A DNA stretch of 64,000 bases from an uncultured virus (IMG/VR IMGVR_UViG_2061766007_000968). Lineage: Duplodnaviria > Heunggongvirae > Uroviricota > Caudoviricetes. The notes beneath the pieces are model-generated. The model was not told the origin of the DNA and ran no database searches. It worked only from the letters and a program-made list of their open reading frames with translations. The stretch is taken from IMG/VR virus record IMGVR_UViG_2061766007_000968, positions 1 to 64,000 of that record. The stretch is one strand, 5' to 3'. The translations under genes were made by a program, and so were the position numbers. Positions 56,319-64,000 of the stretch are shown piece after piece; positions within the stretch are counted from its first letter, which is position 1; the number at the start of each line of letters is the position of its first letter.

Positions 56319-56641
56319 GGGCGGCGTTTACATTCTCTGAGCACAACGAGCGAATCAAGTATGTGTACGGCAATTATTGCTGGTGGTCTTGGTTTCGTTA
56401 TTGGTATTTGGATTCCTGCAATCTCGTAACGATGATGCTTATGGATAAAGGCTACTTCGATTACGATTTTGAGAGATGTGGAGTCCTCGAAGAGGGGAAG
56501 GACTGGATAGAGACGGTGAAGTCCGACGATGAGGTAGATGATATGTTAAAGGGCTTTGGCTTCGGTAAAAGAACGAAGAAGCCGGAAACCTTGGAAGAAA
56601 TACAGAGTCACATTCTAAAACAAGAAAGTTATGGCAGTTGA
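56159..56641 (+). CDS. -1 frame ORF, candidate gpT-like frameshift extension
   Basis: The -1 frame is open from 56159 to 56641. Confidence 0.55.
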   Translation, partial: FGFFQSQLGFLKAGTRALYETGWRSRQAGARAAGKRNEYVGDGRFGDKRGKQVGAAFTFSEHNERIKYVYGNYCWWSWFRYWYLDSCNLVTMMLMDKGYFDYDFERCGVLEEGKDWIETVKSDDEVDDMLKGFGFGKRTKKPETLEEIQSHILKQESYGS

Positions 56642-59600
56642 GATACCCGTATATGTTGATATTCTCGGAGGCATTAATGATGCCATCAAGAAACAACTTC
56701 CAGAAGCAATGAAGTCGATGCAGTCAGCGATGGACTCTAATCCATTGGTGGCTAATATTTCTATCGGGAATGTCGATCAGGCAAACAAAGAATTGCAGAA
56801 ACTGAATGATTGGTATAGGAAGCTTGAGAATGAAGATTGGGAGAAAATCGGAAGCGCCATCGATTTGAGTCCATATGTTAATCAGGCTATTATGGAGCTC
56901 AGGAGATTGGAAGAAGAGCTGGACGAAATTCAGGAGCTTAGAAAAATGGAGGGCGGTAGCGGCGATTTCCAATTCGCAGAGGAATATCGCAGAGTGAACG
57001 ACCAGATAAACTCCGTACTCGCAAGTATTCGTGCAATGCAAGGTGCGCAGTCCCAGTTAAATGGGACTCTTAACAATTCCGGATTCCAGCAATACATCAG
57101 CAGTCTTACTGAAACAAACGAAGAGCTTCGCCAAATGCGGGAATATTATTCCGAGTTAGAAAGTTATTCCGACAAGTATGCAAGTAGCATAAACGCAATT
57201 AGGGATAGGATGGCTGGGTTGGTGGGACAATGGAATGCAATGACGAAGGCAGAGAGGGAGTCCATAGAAGGTTCAGATATTATTACAAGATACAAAAACG
57301 AGCGGAAGGAGCTGGAAGAGGTCGCCCATACTCTTGATGAAATATACAGCAAAGAACAGAGGAGACAACAGGGGCTACAACGAATAGCTCAAAAAGTCAA
57401 AACCGAGGACATTATTCTTAAATCGAATGTCAAAACCATTGACATTCTTGAGAAGAAGGAGCGCATTTTGTCCGAACGATTGAGCAAAGCGCGGATTGGT
57501 TCGACGAAATACAACCAGCTAAAAAAAGATTTAGAAGATGTCAGAAAAGAACTCGAACAACTTGACGGGCAGGCAGGCAAGACGGATTCAAAACTCGCTT
57601 CCTTAATTAAGAACTCGATTCGTCTCTTTGCTCTCCACACTGCGTCTCAATTTATTAGAAGCGTAAGAGAAGTTACAGCAGAGTTCGAACTTCAGAGGGT
57701 TGCTCTTGGATCAATTATTCAGGACACAGAACGAGCAGAGGGTTTGTTCCGGCAAATTAAGGCCGCTGCTATTGAGTCTCCGTTTGAAATCAAAGATTTG
57801 GTTTCCTACACGAAGCAGTTGTCCGCATACAGAATCGAAACAGACAAACTGTTTGATGTCACAATGCGTCTCGCTGACATATCCGCTGGTCTTGGCGTTG
57901 ACATGTCCCGCTTGGTGCTAGCTTACGGACAGGTGCGGGCAGCCTCCGTTCTTCGCGGGCAGGAATTGCGCCAGTTCACTGAGGCTGGAATTCCTTTGGT
58001 CGATGAGTTGGCCAAAAAATTTACAAAACTTAGAGGAGAGACTGTTAAGACTGGAGAGGTCTTCCAACTCATATCGGAGCGGGCTGTCCCCTTCCGAATG
58101 ATAGAAGAGATTTTTGAGGATATGACGAGCGCTGGTGGCATGTTCTATAAGATGCAGGAAAAGCAGGCCAAGACGCTTGCCGGTCAGTGGGCGAACCTCA
58201 AGGATGCTGTGAGCATTATGTATGATGAAATCGGAAATACCGACACGGTTCATAATGCAATGGAAACGCTAATCAGAGATGCTCGAAATATCTTTAAAAA
58301 TTGGAGGACTATTGCTGATGTTATAAAGATTGTAGGAAATTCTGTTCTGGCATATATCTCCATCTCAAAGCTCGCGACGCTTCAGATAAAGTTACAGGAA
58401 TATGCAGAAGCCAAGCTGACAGTGGTAGAGTCTGAGAGAGAGAAAGGGATGAAGCGGATGATAACCACGATTATCGGAGAAACAGCAGCAGAGAAAGTTT
58501 CAACAGCGGCCAAACAAGCACACCTTTTTGCGACAAACAAACTTGCCGCCGCGAATACCGTCCTCGGAAAGACCTTTTGGTCGCTGACAGCGGCGATGTT
58601 AAGTAATCCATTCGGTGCGATAGCAGTAGCGGTTGGTGCTCTCGTGGGCTTATTTTCTATCCTTTCCAGAAAGGCAAGAGATGTCAATAAGGACATAGAT
58701 GCCGCAAATGCTTCTATTTCTTCTTTGAATAAGTCCCGCACAGAGACGCAGCGACTGATTGACTCGTACGAGGAATTGTCGAAGAAACAGAGTCTAACCG
58801 TAGACGAGTCGAAAAAACTCAAGGATATTTCTTCAGAGTTGGCTACTACATTCCCAAAGGCTTCTGAAGGAATTGACAAAAACACAAATTCTCTCGCTCT
58901 TAACATTGAAAAGTTAAAAGAGTACAATAAACAGGCCCAAGAAGCAACGAAGGTCGGTTTACAGGCGCAAATAAAGACAGATGAGCGCGAGATGAGAAAA
59001 AACCAAAGGCAGATTGATAAACTGTCCAGAGATTTGATACGAGGATATGGTACAAACAAATATAATAGAACCGCCCGCGTTCTTAGCCCTATCGCTCTTC
59101 CTTTTTCGGCCAAGCAAAAGGCTGAGATGAACGAGGAACTTACAGAGCTAATAAAAAAGAATGAGCAATATGCGGCATCTATTAAAGAAATGCAAGATGC
59201 AATTGAAGGTCTGAATAAAAAGACTGGCGATGCGGAGGAGAGCATGACGCTATGGCAGAAGAAACTTGTTGAGTTTAACAGCCGTATTGATGAGAGCGGG
59301 AAAGCGATTCAAGTCTTATCGCCAGACCAGATTGAAGGATATTCTAGGCTTGATGATGTCCTTGAAGATTTGGCGAAAAAGTACAAGGAGCAGGCGACGC
59401 AGGTCGAGGTCCTTGAAAAAGCCAAAGAGGGGAAGAACGCAGAAGAGGCGGCTGAACTTGCTATATCCCTACGGCTTGCTACGGCTAGAAAAAATTTGAC
59501 CAAGGAGATTCTTGATTATTATCACGCGTTTTATCTTACTCAGAAAAACAATAATGGCAGAGGTTACCAGAAAGACGCGTTCATCACCCTTATGGAGAAC

Positions 59601-62063
59601 CGCATCAGGTTCATGAAGGATTTCAAGAAAGGTTATGATGACTTGAACAAGTATCTGTCCGAAGAGGGTGCCTTGTCCGAGCAGAGTTGGATTATGCTCG
59701 GACGCGGAATGTCGCTTGGCATGAGCGCGGCAGAACAGGCTCGCGCTGCAAAGGAACTGTCAGATTGGTATACCGATCAAATCAATAAGGTCGTGAAGGA
59801 GATGCAAAGCAAGGGTCTGGTTGGAAAGACTGTCACGGAAATGCTGAGCCATCAGATTACTGGAGAATCCAACCGATCCAAGATGCTGCGGGATTACCAG
59901 GCTCTTCTTCAATCTTTGTGGGATGCTAAAACGGACTTTGACACCACGCAGGCGGAAAAGAATATTGAGGACGCTATTAAGAAGATTACGGATGACATCA
60001 AAAGGTCGGAGGTCGCTCGAGATTTCTATAAGAATATCCTTGATTTAACCGGCGACGAGAATCTCGCAGAGAATCTTACCGTCAGCGTCTACGGCGGTAT
60101 CGGAAAGGATTTCAAGGACAGAATCCAAGAGCAACTTTATCGTGCGCTCAACGAAATCGATCCAAGTGGAATCAACAAAGACCTAATGTCAACCCTTCTT
60201 GGAGATATAGCCATTTTCGATATAAAAGACATTCAGGAGAACATCGAAAAACTGCCTCCAAAAGTCAAGGAAATGTTCGAGAAAATTCTCGAGGAGAATC
60301 AGAAATATGACGCAGAATGGCTTGTCGATTTCGAGAAGACATACGCGAAGGCAATGACATACCAAGAGAGGGTAGACAGACTAAACGCGCAGCGGTTGCA
60401 AAAGGAAAAAGAGGCTGCGTCTATGGGCAAATCTCCCGAAGAAACCGCGAGGGTCACAGAATACTACAATCGCGAAATTGCCAAGGTTCAACTTGAGGCG
60501 ATGAAGGATACCTATACATGGACAAAGGCATTCGAGGATTTGGAGAACGTATCTGACAGGACGCTTGAGAACCTAATCAGCTTAATCGATGAGTATATCG
60601 AAAAGAACGGGAAGTACTTAGAACCCCAGCAGCTCCGCGAACTTGTGCGCTCCAAGGAAAGAGCCAAGCAGCAGAAACTTGAGCGTAACTCAATAAAGGG
60701 AATTATTTCTGCTTTGCGCGATTATAATAATTTCGCTAAAATAAAGAAGGTTCTGGACAAGGCATTTCTCGACAGCGGGGAAGACTACAATAAGGTTCTT
60801 GATGACCAGCAGGAGGCTCTCCATAGATTGAGCGAGGCATATGCCGAGGCTATGAATGAGTTGAGCCAGTATGTTTCAAGCGTAAAGGATTTGCTCAATG
60901 TCTTCTCCAGTGATGCCGACGCATCGTTCTGGGGCCAACAGCTTGACGATATCTCCAAGACATTTGCAGGTCTTGGCAAGGCTGGTATTGGAATTGCTCA
61001 ACTTGCTATGGGTCAAATTACCCCTCAGGCAATTATGAACACTATTACTGGACTCTCTGATGTTGTTTCAAGCATTTTTAGCGCTATTAAGCGGGCTAAT
61101 ATTAGAAAAATCAACAAGGACATCGAAGACCAGCAGCGATTGATTGACGGACTCGAGAAATCCTACGATCGCCTCGAGAAAGCAATGGAGAAGGCTTTCG
61201 GCTCTGACTATATCGAGAACTACAACAAGCAGCTTGACAATCTCCAAGCGAAAGTCGACGCTTACAACAAACAGGCAGACCTCGAGGAAAGTAAGGGTAA
61301 GAAGGCAGATGCGGACAAGGCCCGTGAGTACCGAGAAGCAGCTGCAGAGGCGGAGGAGCAGATTGCCGAGATGGGTGACCAGCTCTCTCGTTATTTCACC
61401 GAAACCGATTTGTCATCCGCTGCCAAGGACTTCGCGAATTCCTGGATCGAGGCGTATAAGGAGTTCGGCAGTACGACGGATGCCATGCGCGAGAAGTTCC
61501 AGGATATGATTCAGTCTATGATTGAGCAGTCTCTCGGAGCAAAAATCATGCAGACCATTCTGCAGCCTCTCTTTGACTCCATCGACGAGATGGCTCAAAC
61601 CGGAGGCGAACTGACATCGCAGGAAATTGCTCAAATTAGCCAGATGGCGCCGGAGTACATCGACAAGATTAACAATGCCATGACCAACCTGATGAACTCC
61701 CTTGCCGCTTCCGGATACAATGTCCGTCAGGGTCTCGGTCAGTTCACGGGCATCTCCCGCGACATCGCCGGAGCGAGCGAAGAGTCCATCAATGGTCTCG
61801 CCGCCGGAATCAACACACAAAACTTCTATATGTCCCTCATCAGCCAGAATGTCGCAGCGATTTTGGCATCGATGACCGGACAGGAGGTAAACGGAGTCGC
61901 TGGTGCTGCCACGCCGACGGATCCGTACAAGGATGCCGTGTTGGAGCATATGAGCATGATACCTCTGATGCACGAGGACATGTACGCAATCCGGTCGATG
62001 TTGGAGAAGGTAATCCGCCCGAATGGAACAACGGCGACGCATTATGTCGCGACAAGGTCATAG
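56631..62063 (+). CDS. Tape measure protein
   Basis: 1810 aa, coiled-coil rich; LAYGQV....LRGQELRQFTEAGIPL..T..GG.F tape-measure motif. Confidence 0.92.
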   Translation: MAVEIPVYVDILGGINDAIKKQLPEAMKSMQSAMDSNPLVANISIGNVDQANKELQKLNDWYRKLENEDWEKIGSAIDLSPYVNQAIMELRRLEEELDEIQELRKMEGGSGDFQFAEEYRRVNDQINSVLASIRAMQGAQSQLNGTLNNSGFQQYISSLTETNEELRQMREYYSELESYSDKYASSINAIRDRMAGLVGQWNAMTKAERESIEGSDIITRYKNERKELEEVAHTLDEIYSKEQRRQQGLQRIAQKVKTEDIILKSNVKTIDILEKKERILSERLSKARIGSTKYNQLKKDLEDVRKELEQLDGQAGKTDSKLASLIKNSIRLFALHTASQFIRSVREVTAEFELQRVALGSIIQDTERAEGLFRQIKAAAIESPFEIKDLVSYTKQLSAYRIETDKLFDVTMRLADISAGLGVDMSRLVLAYGQVRAASVLRGQELRQFTEAGIPLVDELAKKFTKLRGETVKTGEVFQLISERAVPFRMIEEIFEDMTSAGGMFYKMQEKQAKTLAGQWANLKDAVSIMYDEIGNTDTVHNAMETLIRDARNIFKNWRTIADVIKIVGNSVLAYISISKLATLQIKLQEYAEAKLTVVESEREKGMKRMITTIIGETAAEKVSTAAKQAHLFATNKLAAANTVLGKTFWSLTAAMLSNPFGAIAVAVGALVGLFSILSRKARDVNKDIDAANASISSLNKSRTETQRLIDSYEELSKKQSLTVDESKKLKDISSELATTFPKASEGIDKNTNSLALNIEKLKEYNKQAQEATKVGLQAQIKTDEREMRKNQRQIDKLSRDLIRGYGTNKYNRTARVLSPIALPFSAKQKAEMNEELTELIKKNEQYAASIKEMQDAIEGLNKKTGDAEESMTLWQKKLVEFNSRIDESGKAIQVLSPDQIEGYSRLDDVLEDLAKKYKEQATQVEVLEKAKEGKNAEEAAELAISLRLATARKNLTKEILDYYHAFYLTQKNNNGRGYQKDAFITLMENRIRFMKDFKKGYDDLNKYLSEEGALSEQSWIMLGRGMSLGMSAAEQARAAKELSDWYTDQINKVVKEMQSKGLVGKTVTEMLSHQITGESNRSKMLRDYQALLQSLWDAKTDFDTTQAEKNIEDAIKKITDDIKRSEVARDFYKNILDLTGDENLAENLTVSVYGGIGKDFKDRIQEQLYRALNEIDPSGINKDLMSTLLGDIAIFDIKDIQENIEKLPPKVKEMFEKILEENQKYDAEWLVDFEKTYAKAMTYQERVDRLNAQRLQKEKEAASMGKSPEETARVTEYYNREIAKVQLEAMKDTYTWTKAFEDLENVSDRTLENLISLIDEYIEKNGKYLEPQQLRELVRSKERAKQQKLERNSIKGIISALRDYNNFAKIKKVLDKAFLDSGEDYNKVLDDQQEALHRLSEAYAEAMNELSQYVSSVKDLLNVFSSDADASFWGQQLDDISKTFAGLGKAGIGIAQLAMGQITPQAIMNTITGLSDVVSSIFSAIKRANIRKINKDIEDQQRLIDGLEKSYDRLEKAMEKAFGSDYIENYNKQLDNLQAKVDAYNKQADLEESKGKKADADKAREYREAAAEAEEQIAEMGDQLSRYFTETDLSSAAKDFANSWIEAYKEFGSTTDAMREKFQDMIQSMIEQSLGAKIMQTILQPLFDSIDEMAQTGGELTSQEIAQISQMAPEYIDKINNAMTNLMNSLAASGYNVRQGLGQFTGISRDIAGASEESINGLAAGINTQNFYMSLISQNVAAILASMTGQEVNGVAGAATPTDPYKDAVLEHMSMIPLMHEDMYAIRSMLEKVIRPNGTTATHYVATRS

Positions 62064-62122
62064 TCTGGCATCATATTTGAAGGAAATCAGAAGATCCGAA
62101 AAGCTATTCATATTATCTTTTT

Positions 62123-62164
62123 GACTCGGGTAGTTGTGAAATTCCCCGAGTTTTTTTATATTTG
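62123..62164 (+). terminator. Terminator overlapping a TATATTTG promoter element
   Basis: gactcggg/cccgagtt plus T-tract, then TATATTTG at 62157-62164. Confidence 0.6.
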
Positions 62165-62171
62165 TGGCATC

Positions 62172-62654
62172 ATGGAACAAGAATGGATTCGTCAGCTGCG
62201 TCGTGAGGCTTCTGCCCACGGCATGTGCAAGGAGAACAGGGACGCTCTTTCGTCTGTTGAGTCCCTGGAAGACGCCATCGACCTTTACAAGAAAACCATT
62301 GACTGGGCGCTGGAGGAGGGCTATCCGAATTTCGGGACGCTCCAAAGATATTTCTCCGGCTGCAGTAAATACGGCATCTTCATCGACCGTGATTTCCACG
62401 GTGAATTGCTGAACGAACAGCAGGTCTATGTGTTCCACCACTGCACGGGATGGATCCGAACCGGTATCAATACCGAGAAGCGGATCATCCCGATGCTTTA
62501 TTTTGCGAACAACTGTGACATGACGCTACGCTCCGGAGGTGCTACCGACATCGAGAATGTTCGCGTTCCTTTGTATGTTTTCGGTCGCAACCTTGTTAAG
62601 ATCGACGCGTCCGGGAATGTTGTTTTCAAGACCTATAAATTTGACGCGAAGTAA
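62172..62654 (+). CDS. Hypothetical protein
   Basis: A...GMC.E..Y.K.IDW.LE..YP pattern; ATG at 62172. Confidence 0.7.
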   Translation: MEQEWIRQLRREASAHGMCKENRDALSSVESLEDAIDLYKKTIDWALEEGYPNFGTLQRYFSGCSKYGIFIDRDFHGELLNEQQVYVFHHCTGWIRTGINTEKRIIPMLYFANNCDMTLRSGGATDIENVRVPLYVFGRNLVKIDASGNVVFKTYKFDAK

Positions 62655-63040
62655 TGGAACAATCCAATATATTTATCGTAATTATGAAGGAGGTCGGCAT
62701 TCCTTTGCTGACTCTCATAGGCGGATGGTTTTTGCATCTGTGGCGCTCACGGCAGAAGAAGCAGCAGGACATCCTTTCCAATGTCCAGCAGATTCTCCAG
62801 ATGCAGAAGAACTACATAGCCGAGCAGGATGCGCAGAACAAGAAGAATTGCGATATGATTGCCCGTCTGGAGCGCAAACTCGACGAGAAGCGCGAGTCCA
62901 TCCGCCAGGCAAACAAGTGTCCTCATACGGCCTCCGAGGCCGGCTGTCCCGTCCTGATTCACGAGGACTACATCGACGAGAAGTGTAAAAACTGCAATTA
63001 TAAGGAAGAAGATGCTCACGGCGAAAATCAAGATCGGTAG
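62654..63040 (+). CDS. Single-TM coiled-coil protein with Cys-rich tail (holin-like)
   Basis: N-terminal TM helix, heptads, KCP..GCP..C..C. Confidence 0.55.
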   Translation: MEQSNIFIVIMKEVGIPLLTLIGGWFLHLWRSRQKKQQDILSNVQQILQMQKNYIAEQDAQNKKNCDMIARLERKLDEKRESIRQANKCPHTASEAGCPVLIHEDYIDEKCKNCNYKEEDAHGENQDR

Positions 63041-63479
63041 CGGGAATGTCGTCGATACGCAGACCTACGGATTGGTTTATCTGGATTCTGACAAGGTCAC
63101 TGGCGCTCCGTCGAAGGGTTTTGAGACCACTTCCTATCCGGAGGAAGAGGGCGAGCATATCATTCCAAAGACGGTAGACGCGGCCTTCGACTACAAGGTC
63201 AAATTCTTCATCCAGGCCACGTCGCTGAAAGACGCGAACCAGCGCATCAGCGAATTCAACGCATCGCTGTACACTAAATCAGGCGATGTGAAGACCTACA
63301 AGCAGGTAGAGTTCTACAACATCTACAAGCGGCACAAGATTGTCGGCTATCCTTCAGAGATCTCCGAAGCGACGGAGTTCTGGCGCGATATGAAGAACCA
63401 GGTAAACGATGTCGTCGTGGTCGAGTGGAATATCCGGGTGAACAAGCCCGGCCTTTGTGATTTCTCCTATACCGAGTAA
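63012..63479 (+). CDS. Distal tail-like protein
   Basis: YPEEEGE..FDYKV.F; synteny after the tape measure. Confidence 0.55.
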   Translation: MLTAKIKIGSGNVVDTQTYGLVYLDSDKVTGAPSKGFETTSYPEEEGEHIIPKTVDAAFDYKVKFFIQATSLKDANQRISEFNASLYTKSGDVKTYKQVEFYNIYKRHKIVGYPSEISEATEFWRDMKNQVNDVVVVEWNIRVNKPGLCDFSYTE

Positions 63480-63482
63480 GCC

Positions 63483-64000
63483 ATGATTCCAGCGATAACA
63501 GAAGTCAATTTCCCGTCCTATGCGACACTGCATCAGGCGACCGTATCCCTTCAGGACATGGGCGACCGCGTCATCTCGACGCAGGTGAGGATCGACGGCG
63601 ATGTGGTGCCGGACTTCAGCGGCTGGGAACTCCGTTTCAAAGGCGAGCGGTTCGTCCTTCCGAGCGACAACCCGCAGGCGATGAAGGACAACACTACGAG
63701 GAATTCTCTCGTCGACCTGCAGTTCCAGTCTTGGGCGATACAGGAGCTGAAGAGATATTACTTCTTCGAGGCCGCTTCCGTTTCTGCCGGAGTGGCAATT
63801 GCTGACAAATATGTTGCACCAGTCCGTCTAAATGTCGAGGACTTCGTGGCCATGCTCAACGATGTCCTGGACTACTACTTCGATGGGAAGATTGTGGCAG
63901 ACCTTTACCTCTCCGGGACGGGAATCTACTCCCAGGAGAAGAAGGATATGGAAATCAACTATTCCTATCTGTGGGAGGTCATCGGCAAGGTCTTTGAGGT
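63483..64000 (+). CDS. Tail tip/baseplate hub protein, 3'-partial
   Basis: ATG at 63483 (MIPAITEVNFPSYATL...) with the frame running toward the window end; synteny. Confidence 0.6.
   Translation, partial: MIPAITEVNFPSYATLHQATVSLQDMGDRVISTQVRIDGDVVPDFSGWELRFKGERFVLPSDNPQAMKDNTTRNSLVDLQFQSWAIQELKRYYFFEAASVSAGVAIADKYVAPVRLNVEDFVAMLNDVLDYYFDGKIVADLYLSGTGIYSQEKKDMEINYSYLWEVIGKVFE

Noticed and set aside
1..64000. Genome-wide TAG recoding
   Set aside because: Long genes are intact in the standard code, and TAG ends genes that are followed by terminators (portal, tail tube). Only one internal TAG was noticed and no suppressor tRNA was seen.

Overview
The window is about 64 kb of a tailed (siphovirus-like) phage, most likely of a Bacteroidales host: it has many TAnnTTTG promoter elements, A-rich start regions without Shine-Dalgarno sequences, and gene families typical of such phages. 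It begins inside a tail-fibre gene and ends inside another tail gene, so it probably covers most of the genome. Layout: (1) 1-10.9 kb, + strand: tail fibre, lysis genes, a five-gene cassette of unknown function and an HNH gene. (2) 11-28.8 kb, - strand: small early/accessory genes including an adenine methyltransferase, a transglycosylase-like lipoprotein and a serine recombinase. (3) 28.8-29.9 kb: an AT-rich, repeat-containing divergence region. (4) 29.9-47.2 kb, + strand: replication and recombination genes interrupted by several HNH-type genes. (5) 47.2-64 kb, + strand: terminase, portal, capsid, neck, tail, tape measure. The most striking signal is non-coding. Four HNH genes from two different protein families are each preceded by a promoter and a ~90-nt leader with the same fold: two hairpins whose 7-nt loops (GTnnnAG / CTnnnAC) are exactly complementary, with a different central triplet in every copy, plus a loop-E motif. 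There are also three tRNA-like elements whose anticodon arm is extended or replaced, and a ~450-nt structured ORF-poor region. All family assignments come from recognising motifs by eye; no database search or folding program was run.
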